A stretch of 63,972 bases of DNA, the filler included, from an uncultured bacterium (GTDB lineage Bacteria; Latescibacterota; UBA2968), in assembly GCA_964471275.1 (NCBI GenBank). It is 4 parts of 4 records of this genome, joined end to end, with 100 filler letters (N's around TTAATTAATTAA, not from the genome) between each part and the next. Parts side by side here need not be neighbours in the genome. Positions count along the whole stretch, not along the records: positions 36,231 to 54,099 come from CAYYGZ010000075.1; 3 more parts are not named here. The stretch is one strand, 5' to 3'. Each line of letters opens with the position of its first letter. The first letter of the stretch is position 1. A program made the position numbers and the translations under genes. Shown here piece after piece: positions 37,894 through 48,168 of this stretch. The notes under the pieces were generated by a model. That model was given only the letters and a program-made list of their open reading frames with translations. It was not told where the DNA came from and did not search any database.

Positions 37894-39114
37894 CTAATAG
37901 TACTCGTGACGTCTGGCGTGAAGGTTCAGGAGAAAGCCAATGAGGACGCAACTCACGATGAGCCACGATCCCCCGTAGCTCAGGAAGGGCAGCGGGAGTC
38001 CGGTCACGGGCATAACGCCTATGGTCATGCCAATGTTGACGAAGATGTGGAAGACCAGGATAGACGTCAGCCCGATAGCCACAAGACTGGAAAAGCGGCT
38101 CTTGACGATCGTGGCGATCTGGAGCGCCCGCCAAACCATGAACAGAAAGAGCATCAGGATCACGGCTGCACCGATGAAGCCGAATTCCTCACCCACGACG
38201 GAAAATACAAAGTCGGTATGCTGCTCAGGCAGAAAGGCGAGTTTGGTCTGTGTGCCTTCGAGGTACCCCTTCCCTTTCAACCCACCGGATCCGATGGCAA
38301 CCTTTGATTGGATGACCTGGTAACCGCTGCCAAGCCGGTCGGTGTCCGGGTTGAGGAACGTCAGAATGCGGTTTCTCTGGTAGTCGTGAAGCTTGTTATC
38401 CCAGATGTAGGGTGCCCCGACCGACACCGTCAGGTTCACGGCTGCGACGATGGCAATCGTGCCGAGATGTGGGCGTATGTAGAAAATGACGACCGCCATG
38501 ACGAGATAGAGCAGGCCGAGCGACCAGGGATGAAAAGCGCTCAGAAGGCTGAGCCCGGGAGAGGCGATGAAGAATATGCTGACGGGTTTGTGCCCCGCCC
38601 AGTAGAGCATGGGGAAGACGACGGCGCCGAACACGAGAGCCGTACCCAGATCAGGTTGTTTGAAAACGAGCAGACCCGGTATCAGAACTATCAGGAAGGG
38701 GGCTAGAAAAGTTCGCACACGATCGAAGTCTATGTTCTGTGCTGACAGGTATCTCGCAAGGGCAAGCACGACGGCAATCTTGGCGAGCTCGGAAGGCTGG
38801 ATGTGGATCGGCCCGACATTGAGCCATCGGCGGTCGCCGAATTCCAGGACGACGATGAGCATAACCATCGCCAACCCGTATATGATGTAAGCGAAGGCGT
38901 AGAAGAGCTTCAGGGGGATCACCATCGTGATGACCATCGCAACAATCGCGAGCAGGGCCCACACGATCTGCTTCTGGTATGTCACGCCCGCAGTACCCAG
39001 ATCCCAGTTGAAGGTTGCACTGTAGATCATCGTGATGCCGATTGCCATCGCCACGAGTGCCGTCGTAAGTAACGAGAGATCCAGATCGCGCTTTATGTAG
39101 CGAGACAGGCTCAC
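37894..39114 (-). CDS. rodA: Rod shape-determining SEDS protein RodA
   Basis: IQPSELAK, QPDLGT, GYQVIQSKVAIGSGG, PEQHTDF, PVTGLPLPFLSYGGS; follows mrdA. Confidence 0.95.
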   Translation of the reverse strand: MSLSRYIKRDLDLSLLTTALVAMAIGITMIYSATFNWDLGTAGVTYQKQIVWALLAIVAMVITMVIPLKLFYAFAYIIYGLAMVMLIVVLEFGDRRWLNVGPIHIQPSELAKIAVVLALARYLSAQNIDFDRVRTFLAPFLIVLIPGLLVFKQPDLGTALVFGAVVFPMLYWAGHKPVSIFFIASPGLSLLSAFHPWSLGLLYLVMAVVIFYIRPHLGTIAIVAAVNLTVSVGAPYIWDNKLHDYQRNRILTFLNPDTDRLGSGYQVIQSKVAIGSGGLKGKGYLEGTQTKLAFLPEQHTDFVFSVVGEEFGFIGAAVILMLFLFMVWRALQIATIVKSRFSSLVAIGLTSILVFHIFVNIGMTIGVMPVTGLPLPFLSYGGSWLIVSCVLIGFLLNLHARRHEYY

Positions 39115-39115
39115 T

Positions 39116-40969
39116 TCAGCGTGCCTCCTGCGCTGAACTTTTGTCCCGGCGTGACGCGCCGAGGGTCGCTACGGGCGCGATCGATGCTTCATCTTCAGTC
39201 TTCAGCTCGAAGTAGTGCTCAAGCACCTGGCGAACCATGGGCGCAGCGACCGATCCTCCCTGCCCTCCGTTCTCGACGATACAGGTGATCGCGATCTCGG
39301 GGGCCTCCGCAGGGGCAAAGGCGACGAACCAGGCGTGATCCTCACCGTGCGGGTTCTGGGCCGTTCCCGTCTTTCCTGCGACATTCAGACCCGTGATATA
39401 GCTGCGCCTACCGGTTCCGTAGTGGACCACATCGATCATCATATCCCGGACCGTTTGTAGAACTTCGGTCGGTACCCGCACATCATCCTCCGGATAGGCC
39501 AATCCACCGTTCTTCAGCAGGTGGGGGGTCACGAGCTTGCCGCTGGCCAGTGCGGCGTTGTATCGAGCGACTTGCACCGGGGTGACCAGCGTCTCGCCCT
39601 GGCCAATCGCCAAGTTCAGCATGTTCCCGTCAAAGTACTTCCCCTTATTCTCGACGTAATACTCGCGATCCGGCAAGAGTCCTCTCGACTCACCGTCGCC
39701 ACCGTCTGCAACATCGATACCTGTTGCCTGGCCGATGCCGAAGAGTCTGGCGTATCGGTTCCAGTTGGTAATCCCGACCTCGAGACCGAGGTGATAGAAG
39801 AAGGTGTCGCAGGATCGACGGAGAGCCCCTCGCAGATCAAGCTCGCCGCATCCCGTTTCGACGTGACACCGGAAGATGCGATCCCCGAACTCGATCTCGC
39901 CTTCGCAGGGGGTGAACTTTATTTCTCCCGGTTGGAGGATGCCCATGTCGATTGCGGCGATCGCCGTGATCATTTTGAACACAGAGGCAGGGGCGTACTC
40001 GCCCTGTATCGATCGATTCAGAAGCGGGTTCCGATTCCCGGACTTGAGCTGTTCCCAGGCCTTCGGATCGCGTATGGCTCGTGGGTGGAAATCCGGCTTG
40101 CTGACCACGGCGAGGAGTTCACCGTTCCGGGGGTCGACAGCGATCAGGCTGCCTGAGAGAGAATCGCCGAACACGGCCTCAGCGGCATACTGCAGCCTGG
40201 CATCCAAAGTGAGGATTACGTCTGTGCCCGGCTGAGGGGATTGGGTCTTGTCCGGAAAGCTCCCAACCTCCCGTCCGTGCGCGTTCACTTCGATGTATTT
40301 CAGACCGTCCTGTCCACGCAGTATGGTTTCGCACAGCCGCTCGACTCCGCGTTTTCCAATCTGGTCGTCGTAGCTATAGCCGCGAGGCGCAAGCCGCGGG
40401 TACTCATCCGGGTCGATCAGGCCCACATAACCGAGCAAATGGGCGGCTATGGTTCCCCTTCCCTTGTATTCGGGATAACCTCTCCGGGATTCGACCTGAA
40501 TCTCCACGCCGGTTAGGTCGTATCGCTCCTCTTCAACCAGCGATACGGCGCCGAATTCTACATCCCGCTTGAGCTTCACGGGCTCGTAGAAGTGCCGCTT
40601 CCGCTTCGCAAGTCGCTTGCGAATCACATTCTCAGGCAGGTCGACTATCGACCCGAGACGCCGGATACCGGAATCCCGTTCGTTGTCTTCGAGGCCCTGG
40701 AGGAACCGAGGAGGAATTACGGAGATGGTGTAGTAGGGCCGGTTGTCTACCAGGATGACACCATGCCGATCCCGGATCAGACCACGGCTGGCCTCGAGCG
40801 GAACCGGCTGCATAGTGTTCTTCTCTGACTGGATCCGATACCGCTCCCAGTCGCCGATCTGGAGAGAATACAGTCGGGCACCGAGGATGCCGAACATGGC
40901 GAGTACAAAGGCTAGCAGGCAGCGGGCACGGCGCTCCCGCGTGCCGTTATTCATAAAGTCTTCGGACAT
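39116..40969 (-). CDS. mrdA: Penicillin-binding protein 2
   Basis: RGLIRDRHG, PASVFK (SxxK), SCDTFFY, AGKTGTAQ. Confidence 0.95.
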   Translation of the reverse strand: MSEDFMNNGTRERRARCLLAFVLAMFGILGARLYSLQIGDWERYRIQSEKNTMQPVPLEASRGLIRDRHGVILVDNRPYYTISVIPPRFLQGLEDNERDSGIRRLGSIVDLPENVIRKRLAKRKRHFYEPVKLKRDVEFGAVSLVEEERYDLTGVEIQVESRRGYPEYKGRGTIAAHLLGYVGLIDPDEYPRLAPRGYSYDDQIGKRGVERLCETILRGQDGLKYIEVNAHGREVGSFPDKTQSPQPGTDVILTLDARLQYAAEAVFGDSLSGSLIAVDPRNGELLAVVSKPDFHPRAIRDPKAWEQLKSGNRNPLLNRSIQGEYAPASVFKMITAIAAIDMGILQPGEIKFTPCEGEIEFGDRIFRCHVETGCGELDLRGALRRSCDTFFYHLGLEVGITNWNRYARLFGIGQATGIDVADGGDGESRGLLPDREYYVENKGKYFDGNMLNLAIGQGETLVTPVQVARYNAALASGKLVTPHLLKNGGLAYPEDDVRVPTEVLQTVRDMMIDVVHYGTGRRSYITGLNVAGKTGTAQNPHGEDHAWFVAFAPAEAPEIAITCIVENGGQGGSVAAPMVRQVLEHYFELKTEDEASIAPVATLGASRRDKSSAQEAR

Positions 40970-41453
40970 CCAGACGAAATCCTCCCCGGAATCGCAGCGA
41001 GACCAGGAATACGCTCAACAACCCGATGAGCATGGTGTAGACAGCTGTTCCGATTCCGTATCTCAAGATCTCTGTCGCGACCTTCAGGGGGCTGGATACA
41101 GAGGACAAGGCAAAGTAGAGCACATCGTGGGTCAGGCTTGCGATCAGCAGGACCAGAGCCTGAACTCGGAAATCCTCAGCGACGATGCCGACGCGGCTGT
41201 ATCCGACGGCAAATCCGACGACCGAATTCGAGAATGCGTTAACCCCCATGAATTCAGGGTTGTATACATCCAGGAAGAAACCGGACACGAATCCGAAGAT
41301 CGTCGCCTCCAACTGGCCGCTCCGGATGCCGATGTAGACGATGATGATAAGGACGACATCGGGTCGGATTCCAGCGATCGCGATGGCGTGAGTCCACGAA
41401 GTCTGGACAAGCAGCGCCAATGCCGTAAGCAGTGCGTGATGGAGTATCCTCAT
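40947..41453 (-). CDS. mreD: Rod shape-determining protein MreD
   Basis: Hydrophobic 168 aa with IRPDVVLI and GFVSGFFLD, immediately upstream of mrdA. Confidence 0.88.
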   Translation of the reverse strand: MRILHHALLTALALLVQTSWTHAIAIAGIRPDVVLIIIVYIGIRSGQLEATIFGFVSGFFLDVYNPEFMGVNAFSNSVVGFAVGYSRVGIVAEDFRVQALVLLIASLTHDVLYFALSSVSSPLKVATEILRYGIGTAVYTMLIGLLSVFLVSLRFRGGFRLDVRRLYE

Positions 41454-41480
41454 AAACTCACGGAGATCAGGTGCCGGTGA

Positions 41481-43352
41481 TTACTCTACTGCGGTCGCCG
41501 CTGCTCGGACACGGAGACGGTCTCCTGCCCTGATCTTCGAGGAATTCCGGATGTCGTTCAGCCGTTTCAGCACACGGATGCTCGTGTTGTATCTGCGTGC
41601 GATGTCCCACAGTGTATCGCCACGCCTGACTCGATGGTACTCATCCACGTTTGCAAGCGTGGACGTGCTTCCCGGACGCCGATTGGCAGGATTCCAGATC
41701 GTGAGACGATCGCCTGGGTGGATATGCCCAGTCGCACGTATCGCGTTCCAGGCCCGGATCTGGTCCGGCGTTACGCCCTGCCCGCCCGCGATATCCCACA
41801 GCGTATCCCCTTGTTTGACACGGTAGACGATACGGATGCCAGTTCCCTGCTTCGCATCTGATGTGGGCTTGCTTGCGAGTGCACGCGCCCGTTTCGACTG
41901 GCTCGGTGTAATCGGAATCTTGACGGTCTGACCGGCACGCAGTTTCCGCGCATTCCGGATGCCGTTTGCATCCATGATTGCCGAGGATCGGACACCAAAC
42001 GACAATGCGATGTTCGAGACCGTATCGCCCGAGCGAACCTTATAATCGATCAGCTGAACCTTCTTCTCGTCGGGAATCCGAGCGTAGCGATCGATAAACC
42101 GATCAGAACTGCAGATGGGTACTCGCAGCGCGTAGGTCTTGCGCGATGGCATCGGGGGGGAGTATCCGAGACGCAATTCCGGGTTCAGTGCACGCATGGT
42201 CTCGTAGTCCGTCCCCGCACATTGGGCTCCGACCCGCAGATCGACCGGATGTGTCACCTGGACAAGGTCGTATGCCATCGGATCATCAATCTGAAGCTTG
42301 TCGACACCGAAGAAATCGGGGTCTCTGGCCATCAGCAAGACGGCCATGTATTTAGGAAGGTGGTTGCGTGTCTCCCTGGGAAGACTGTCGAGGTCCCAGA
42401 ATGTGTGCGACCCATCCGTTCTGATCGCGCGCTGAAGGCGACCTTGTCCGCAGTTGTAGGCCGTGATCACGAGCTGCCAGTCTCCGAAGAGATTGTAGAG
42501 ATGTCTGAGGTGGCGTGCCGCAGCACGGGTGGCCTTTTCTGGATCGCGACGTTCGTCGACCCACGTATCTCGTCGGAGCCCATAGAGCCTACCGGTATGG
42601 CTGACGAATTGCCACATACCCACAGCCTTCGCTCGTGAATACGCTTTTGTGTTGAAGCCGCTCTCGATCATCGACAGGAAAATCAGGTCTTCGGGTAGCC
42701 CTTCCTCACGCAATATGCGACGGATCAGCGGGCCATATATGCCCATCTTTCTCATCCACGTGCGGAAGATGCGCTGACCGTTCTTTTGAAAGAAGGCGAT
42801 CTTCTCGAGAACCCGGCTATTCAGGTCGATATATACGGGTGACGATCCGGCAAGCGACTTTGTGTAGAGACTGCGGTAGCGGTTGTTCGACTCCAGGACC
42901 GATCGGAGGTCGACCGGGAGCGCCTCGATGAGTCTGCCGGCCGGCTCATCTGGCGGAATAGGGGCAGAATCGGGAAGTGCTTCGAAATAGAGATCGATAG
43001 CCGCACGCGTCAGGTCATCGGCCGCGGCCCTATCGAGGGGCTCGACTCGCCCAGAGGAATCGTCGGTCGGGGCGTAGCTGGCGATCAGGTGCTCGGTCGC
43101 GATGGCAAGACTGTCCAACGCGCGAGACCTGTCTCCTACATCGATCGCGGCGAAAGCACCGTGGAGCAGGGCCTGGACCCGGCCGACAACCGAAGGAGAC
43201 GCGAGCTGACCGTCTTCGGTTTGATCTCGGTCGTCTGTCTGGGCATCCGGTACCTCCGGGGGAGGGGGTGGATCTTGCCCAATCCGCAGGGAAGCGCATC
43301 CGCTCAGAATCAGCCCAACCGCAGGTATGATGTGTAAGAGAGGATGATTCAC
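41481..43352 (-). CDS. Membrane-bound lytic murein transglycosylase (MltD-like; SLT + 3 LysM)
   Basis: LSGC lipobox, IESGF, AVGMWQF, DERRDP, AYNCG, three VRxGDT LysM repeats. Confidence 0.9.
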   Translation of the reverse strand: MNHPLLHIIPAVGLILSGCASLRIGQDPPPPPEVPDAQTDDRDQTEDGQLASPSVVGRVQALLHGAFAAIDVGDRSRALDSLAIATEHLIASYAPTDDSSGRVEPLDRAAADDLTRAAIDLYFEALPDSAPIPPDEPAGRLIEALPVDLRSVLESNNRYRSLYTKSLAGSSPVYIDLNSRVLEKIAFFQKNGQRIFRTWMRKMGIYGPLIRRILREEGLPEDLIFLSMIESGFNTKAYSRAKAVGMWQFVSHTGRLYGLRRDTWVDERRDPEKATRAAARHLRHLYNLFGDWQLVITAYNCGQGRLQRAIRTDGSHTFWDLDSLPRETRNHLPKYMAVLLMARDPDFFGVDKLQIDDPMAYDLVQVTHPVDLRVGAQCAGTDYETMRALNPELRLGYSPPMPSRKTYALRVPICSSDRFIDRYARIPDEKKVQLIDYKVRSGDTVSNIALSFGVRSSAIMDANGIRNARKLRAGQTVKIPITPSQSKRARALASKPTSDAKQGTGIRIVYRVKQGDTLWDIAGGQGVTPDQIRAWNAIRATGHIHPGDRLTIWNPANRRPGSTSTLANVDEYHRVRRGDTLWDIARRYNTSIRVLKRLNDIRNSSKIRAGDRLRVRAAATAVE

Positions 43353-43399
43353 GCGACGCTCATAGGCCTTGTCTCTTTTCCGGAAGGAACGGGAGACAC

Positions 43400-44158
43400 T
43401 TACTTCCTTGCTGCTCGAATCTCCGTTTGCACGGAGAAGGGCGTGTCGTAGCCCTGCTTCTGCGCGGTTTGCACGAACTTATCCGCCTCTTCCTTCGTCG
43501 TAAAATCTCCAACGTGGACTTTGAAGTAAGGCGGTTCAAAAGCAATGTATATGTCCTCGCGCTCGAGGTTGGCTCGAGCTTTCTCGGCAGATCTCTCGGC
43601 TGCACCCCGGCCGGACGCGGAGAAGATCTGCACACGATAGCCCTGACGCGTGGGGATCCGGTAAGGTGAGGGGGCTGTTTCGATTGACGATCGGACGATG
43701 AATGCTTCCGGGTGTCCCTTGGTTTTCATGTCTCGCCGCAGCATCTCGGCTTCGGTCGCGGTGCGGCAGTTCCCGACGTGCAGCTTATACAGCCGTGTTC
43801 GTTCATCGTGGATGACGTAGACCCGCTGTTTGAGAAGCTGCTCGGATCGCGACTTGATGGACTGCGCCCGCAATTGATCCAGGACGGCCGCAATCTGGAG
43901 GCGGTAGCCTTTTGCGGCGATTGCGCGAGCTGACGAAGATCGTCTTTGTATCGGGTCGGGAATCTCGAAAACGGGCGTCGAGGATGTAGGCTGCAGCAGG
44001 AAATCGTCGTCATTCAGGGTTTGTGGGTCAAATTCTTCGCGTACAGAAGAGGAAGAGGCCCCCAGTATGGGGGCTCGCTGCGACACCTGGGAGACAGTGC
44101 CTCCGCAAGCCGTAAGCAGGACGACGAGCAGGAAGGGAATAAAGATGCAGCTTTTCAT
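43400..44158 (-). CDS. SPOR domain lipoprotein (two SPOR domains)
   Basis: LTAC lipobox; GYRLQIAA..YKLHVG and GYRVQIFS..FKVHVGDF. Confidence 0.85.
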   Translation of the reverse strand: MKSCIFIPFLLVVLLTACGGTVSQVSQRAPILGASSSSVREEFDPQTLNDDDFLLQPTSSTPVFEIPDPIQRRSSSARAIAAKGYRLQIAAVLDQLRAQSIKSRSEQLLKQRVYVIHDERTRLYKLHVGNCRTATEAEMLRRDMKTKGHPEAFIVRSSIETAPSPYRIPTRQGYRVQIFSASGRGAAERSAEKARANLEREDIYIAFEPPYFKVHVGDFTTKEEADKFVQTAQKQGYDTPFSVQTEIRAARK

Positions 44159-44393
44159 TGAAAATATATTGTAAGCTCTCGCCCTCACGGTGTCAATACG
44201 ATTGTATGGCACATCTTCGTGATTATTCTAGGGTTAGGGCCAAACGGAAGTGTTATTGGAAAGATGGCCGGTATCGTCTGGACGGACATAACCGATTGTA
44301 ATTGTAGGGCATTCGTTTGCTGAGTCCGATGGACGTGTATCCGGAGTGGTGCGGATAGGCTAACCTTTTGCGGCAGCGAGGGTTATGGGAAGA

Positions 44394-45428
44394 TCAGGCG
44401 AACCAGGTTCTGAAGGTCTGGTTGTAGGGGAACCGAGCAACCCCTTTTTCGGTAATGATGGCGGTAACCAGCCTGCTGGGTGTGACGTCGAAGGCGGGAT
44501 TGTAGATGTTTACCCCGTCAGGAGCAGTCGGTTTCCCCGTGCCTCTACGGATCTCGTCCGGGTCACGCTCTTCGATCGGGATCAGCGTGCCTTCCGCGAG
44601 CGACATGTCGATTGTCGAGAGCGGTGCAGCGACGTAGAATGGGACCTCGTGCTCGCGTGCCAGAATGGCCAGACCATATGTGCCGATCTTGTTTGCCACA
44701 TCGCCGTTCGCCGCGATTCGATCCGAACCGACGATGACACTCGATATGGGTTTGTCCCGGAGGACAGAGGCGGCCATGTTGTCGCAGATGACTGTGACAT
44801 CGATCCCGCTTTGCTGAAGTTCCCAGGCCGTCAGTCGTGAGCCCTGCAGGAGTGGCCTTGTCTCGTCTGCGTAGACGGCAACTTGCTTTCCGGCCTCCAC
44901 TGCGGCGTAGACGACAGCCAGAGCCGTGCCATAATCGGCGGTCGCCAGCCCGCCTGCATTGCAGTGCGTGAGGATAGTTGAATCGGCAGAGAGGAGTTCA
45001 GCCCCGTTCCGGCCGATCCGGCGACACGTCTCCCGGTCCTCGTCGAAGATGAGGTTGGCCTCGGCCAGGAGACCATCCCGCAGATCCTGCGCACCCGCTC
45101 CGCTCATTCCGTCGAGCGTTGTGCCCATGCGGTCCAATGCCCAAAACAAGTTGACCGCTGTTGGTCGTGTGGCGGCAAGTATTTCGATGGCTTTGCGTAT
45201 GTGTGGTTCTGCGGGAAGATTTGATGCGATCGCTTCTTGTGCAGCGATTACGACCCCGTAGCCCGCAGCAACACCGATTGCAGGAGCTCCCCGAACCCGG
45301 AGCATCTTAATCGCTTCTGCAACCGTGGCCACATCCCGGCATTCGAGGTGTTTGAGCTCAGCGGGAAGGCGTGTTTGATCGATCAGTCGAAGATGATCCT
45401 GATCCCAATTTAGGGTCGTGACCGGCAC
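44394..45428 (-). CDS. mtnA: S-methyl-5-thioribose-1-phosphate isomerase
   Basis: IDQTRLP, VRGAPAIG, TRPTAVNLFWA, LTHCNAG, ETRPLLQGSRLT, NKIGTY, NPAFDVTP. Confidence 0.95.
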   Translation of the reverse strand: MPVTTLNWDQDHLRLIDQTRLPAELKHLECRDVATVAEAIKMLRVRGAPAIGVAAGYGVVIAAQEAIASNLPAEPHIRKAIEILAATRPTAVNLFWALDRMGTTLDGMSGAGAQDLRDGLLAEANLIFDEDRETCRRIGRNGAELLSADSTILTHCNAGGLATADYGTALAVVYAAVEAGKQVAVYADETRPLLQGSRLTAWELQQSGIDVTVICDNMAASVLRDKPISSVIVGSDRIAANGDVANKIGTYGLAILAREHEVPFYVAAPLSTIDMSLAEGTLIPIEERDPDEIRRGTGKPTAPDGVNIYNPAFDVTPSRLVTAIITEKGVARFPYNQTFRTWFA

Positions 45429-45430
45429 GG

Positions 45431-45814
45431 TCAGGCGGTCTCCTGGATGGACGAATCCTGGATTTCGTGGTAGGGCGCGTCTCCCCACAACCGTTCAAGA
45501 CCATAGAATGTGCGCTCATCGGGCTGCATCACGTGGACGACGACATCCACAAAGTCGATCAGGATCCACTTCCGCTGATCATAGCCCTCGATGTGCAGCG
45601 GCCGCTGCCCGTCCCCCTTGCCTTGTTCGATCACGGCATCCGCAATCGCCCGGACCTGGATGTCCGATGTTCCGGTGCAGATGATGAAGGTGTCCGCGAA
45701 CTCTGCGATGCCCCGGAGATCAAGGATGATGATCTCCTCGGCCTTCATTTCGAGCAGTGGATCCGTGAAGGTTCCGAGGACCTTGAGGTCCAGTGTCTGT
45801 TCCGTGTCGGTCAT
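45431..45814 (-). CDS. rsfS: Ribosome silencing factor
   Basis: KAEEIIILDL, FIICTG, WILIDFVDVVVHV, FYGLERLWGD. Confidence 0.95.
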   Translation of the reverse strand: MTDTEQTLDLKVLGTFTDPLLEMKAEEIIILDLRGIAEFADTFIICTGTSDIQVRAIADAVIEQGKGDGQRPLHIEGYDQRKWILIDFVDVVVHVMQPDERTFYGLERLWGDAPYHEIQDSSIQETA

Positions 45815-46260
45815 AGATTTGATGTTTGTGCTGGGAGCATACGTGTGCTCACTCTACCGTTCAATCCGATTCTACCGTAGTCGCGACCAATAATGACGGT
45901 CACCGATTCGATCCTGAACGGGTCGGGTACGATCTGCTGAATCCTGTTTGCGATGCCGAGAGCTTCGGCCACACGGTCGGCATCATCGGGATTCCCCAAG
46001 CGGTCAATTACGATCGATTCAGGATAGTCGAAGCGGTCCGCGTTGCCCAGCGTCATGACATCGAACCCGGTATCTCTGAGCCGGTTTGCGACGGTGCGAG
46101 CCATTCCGTCGACTCCGCACCCATTCAGAACCTCGACCTTTACATCTCGTGATGCAGTGAATGACGGGCGGGTCGTGGCGACAGGACGTTCAGCGCGGCA
46201 GAAGAACGCGTATGCGGCGATCACGGTGATTAGCGGAAAGACGATCCAGAACCGAACCAT
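45811..46260 (-). CDS. LytR C-terminal domain-containing protein
   Basis: N-terminal TM; VEVLNGCGVDGMA, GNAD, VTVIIGRD. Confidence 0.88.
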   Translation of the reverse strand: MVRFWIVFPLITVIAAYAFFCRAERPVATTRPSFTASRDVKVEVLNGCGVDGMARTVANRLRDTGFDVMTLGNADRFDYPESIVIDRLGNPDDADRVAEALGIANRIQQIVPDPFRIESVTVIIGRDYGRIGLNGRVSTRMLPAQTSNL

Positions 46261-46337
46261 GTGGGGAATATCCCTTTGACCTCTGAGCGAATGAAGACGT
46301 CTCACCTTAGGTAATAAGGCAAGCGCGGGACAAGGTC

Positions 46338-46374
46338 AAAAAGAAGCGAGCGGAACGATCCTTTCGCTCCGCTC
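46338..46374 (-). terminator. Rho-independent terminator
   Basis: Minus strand GAGCGGAGCGA-AAGGA-TCGTTCCGCTC followed by GCTTCTTTTT. Confidence 0.65.
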
Positions 46375-46401
46375 ACCATTTGTCATCACAGGCCGTCTGG
46401 T

Positions 46402-46869
46402 TCAGTAGCCACGTCGTCCCCAGAAAGGATCACATCCTGACCGATAGTAGGGCGTGTTTCTGAACCCAAACTCGATCATCAGGTTCTTTGTCGGGCGATA
46501 CAGGACACCCACGTTCGGCACGATGATCCGGGCGCCGCTGGCCCCCTGTCCGAAGGTGCTACCCCCCAAAGACTGGTTCTGGACACCCAGCGTCGCCTGG
46601 ATGGTCAGCGGCTCGGAGACTTTGTAGGTCATCGTGTTCAGGTAATACTGGCTGAAGTTGCTGGAGCCTGTGCCGAAATTGAGTCCGATCGTGTGCTGCA
46701 TGTCGAAACGTTCGGCTGCAAACAATCCCTTGAAGCCATCGGCCGCGGGTTTTAACAGGTTCGTTGCCGATCCCTCATCGGTAAAGCCTATCCCGGAATC
46801 GGCCCCGGCTCTCGTCGTGACGCAAAGGGCTGCTCCGAGGAGGATGATCAATCTACTTAAGCCGCGCAT
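46402..46869 (-). CDS. Exported hypothetical protein, beta-strand rich
   Basis: Signal peptide; YLNTMTYK, VLYRPTKNLMIEF. Confidence 0.6.
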   Translation of the reverse strand: MRGLSRLIILLGAALCVTTRAGADSGIGFTDEGSATNLLKPAADGFKGLFAAERFDMQHTIGLNFGTGSSNFSQYYLNTMTYKVSEPLTIQATLGVQNQSLGGSTFGQGASGARIIVPNVGVLYRPTKNLMIEFGFRNTPYYRSGCDPFWGRRGY

Positions 46870-46998
46870 GAGGAGCTCTCTTGGAAATCTGAGTAGACGC
46901 ACTGCCGTCTACCGGAAAGGATAACGGGATCGTTCTTCCTGGTCAATCCCCGGGGCTACTCTGCGACGACCGGCGGGCTCGACTGGTTCCAAAGAGAT

Positions 46999-48141
46999 CT
47001 AGTGAGATCTCTGCTTCTCCATCAGGTCCGTGAACTCGTCGAACAGGTATTCGGCATCGTGTGGGCCCGCGGAGGCTTCGGGGTGGTACTGAACACAGAA
47101 GACAGGCAGCTCCTTATGTCGGAGTCCTTCAACCGTGTCGTCGTTGAGGTTGATGTGCGACAGTTCGATGGTACTCTCATCGATCGAATCCGCATCTACA
47201 GCAAAACCGTGGTTCTGTGATGTGATCTCGACCTTGCCGGTACGGATTTGCTGCACCGGCTGGTTTGCACCTCGGTGCCCGAATTTCAGCTTGTAGGTCT
47301 TTGCGCCAAGGGCAAGTGCCGTCAGCTGGTGACCCAGGCAGATCCCGAATGTCGGCTTGCAGGCTTCAATGAGCTTCCGAATATTCTCCGCGGCGTAGCG
47401 GACGGGCTCCGGATCACCCGGGCCATTGGAGAGAAATATCCCGTCCGGATCCATTTCCAGAAGCTGATCTGCGGGTGTGTCGGCTGGAAAGACGGTCACA
47501 TCACAGCCACGACTGACCAGGTAGCGCAGGATGTTCTGCTTGACCCCGAAGTCATATGCAGCGACTCGAAACCGAGTCTCCGACGGGTCCGCCTGCGTGT
47601 TCCGCGCAATATCGTATAGAGTTTCGTCCCAGCGGTATGATTCGGAGCAGGTGACCTTTGCGACCAGGTCTCGACCCACCAGACCCGGATACTCATTTGC
47701 CTTGCCGGTCAACGCAGAGATATCGGATTCGACGGTTGTCAGAATGCCTTTCATCGCGCCCTGCAGCCGGATGCGACGTGTCAACGCCCGGGTGTCGATT
47801 CCCTCGATACCGAGGATGTCGTTTTCCTTGAGAAAGGCTCCCAGAGATTTTGCAGATCTGTAGTTGCTCGGCACCGGACAGTGCTCTTTGACGACAAAAC
47901 CTTCCACCTGTGGTCTTGCCGACTCGAAATCCTCCGGATTGATCCCGTAGTTTCCGATCAGCGGATACGTCATCGTGACGATCTGACCGTTGTATGACGG
48001 GTCGGTCAGGATCTCCTGGTATCCCGTGATGCTGGTGTTGAAGACAACCTCACCGGTCCTTTCGCCGTCAGCACCGAAGGAGAGCCCTTCGAATGCCGTG
48101 CCGTCCTCGAGGACGAGAAGTGCTTTCTGCGTGTTTGCCAT
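46999..48141 (-). CDS. carA: Carbamoyl-phosphate synthase small subunit
   Basis: [39 protein letters not shown]. Confidence 0.97.
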   Translation of the reverse strand: MANTQKALLVLEDGTAFEGLSFGADGERTGEVVFNTSITGYQEILTDPSYNGQIVTMTYPLIGNYGINPEDFESARPQVEGFVVKEHCPVPSNYRSAKSLGAFLKENDILGIEGIDTRALTRRIRLQGAMKGILTTVESDISALTGKANEYPGLVGRDLVAKVTCSESYRWDETLYDIARNTQADPSETRFRVAAYDFGVKQNILRYLVSRGCDVTVFPADTPADQLLEMDPDGIFLSNGPGDPEPVRYAAENIRKLIEACKPTFGICLGHQLTALALGAKTYKLKFGHRGANQPVQQIRTGKVEITSQNHGFAVDADSIDESTIELSHINLNDDTVEGLRHKELPVFCVQYHPEASAGPHDAEYLFDEFTDLMEKQRSH

Positions 48142-48168
48142 GGGATCCGATCGTTTCCGGTTCTCTTG

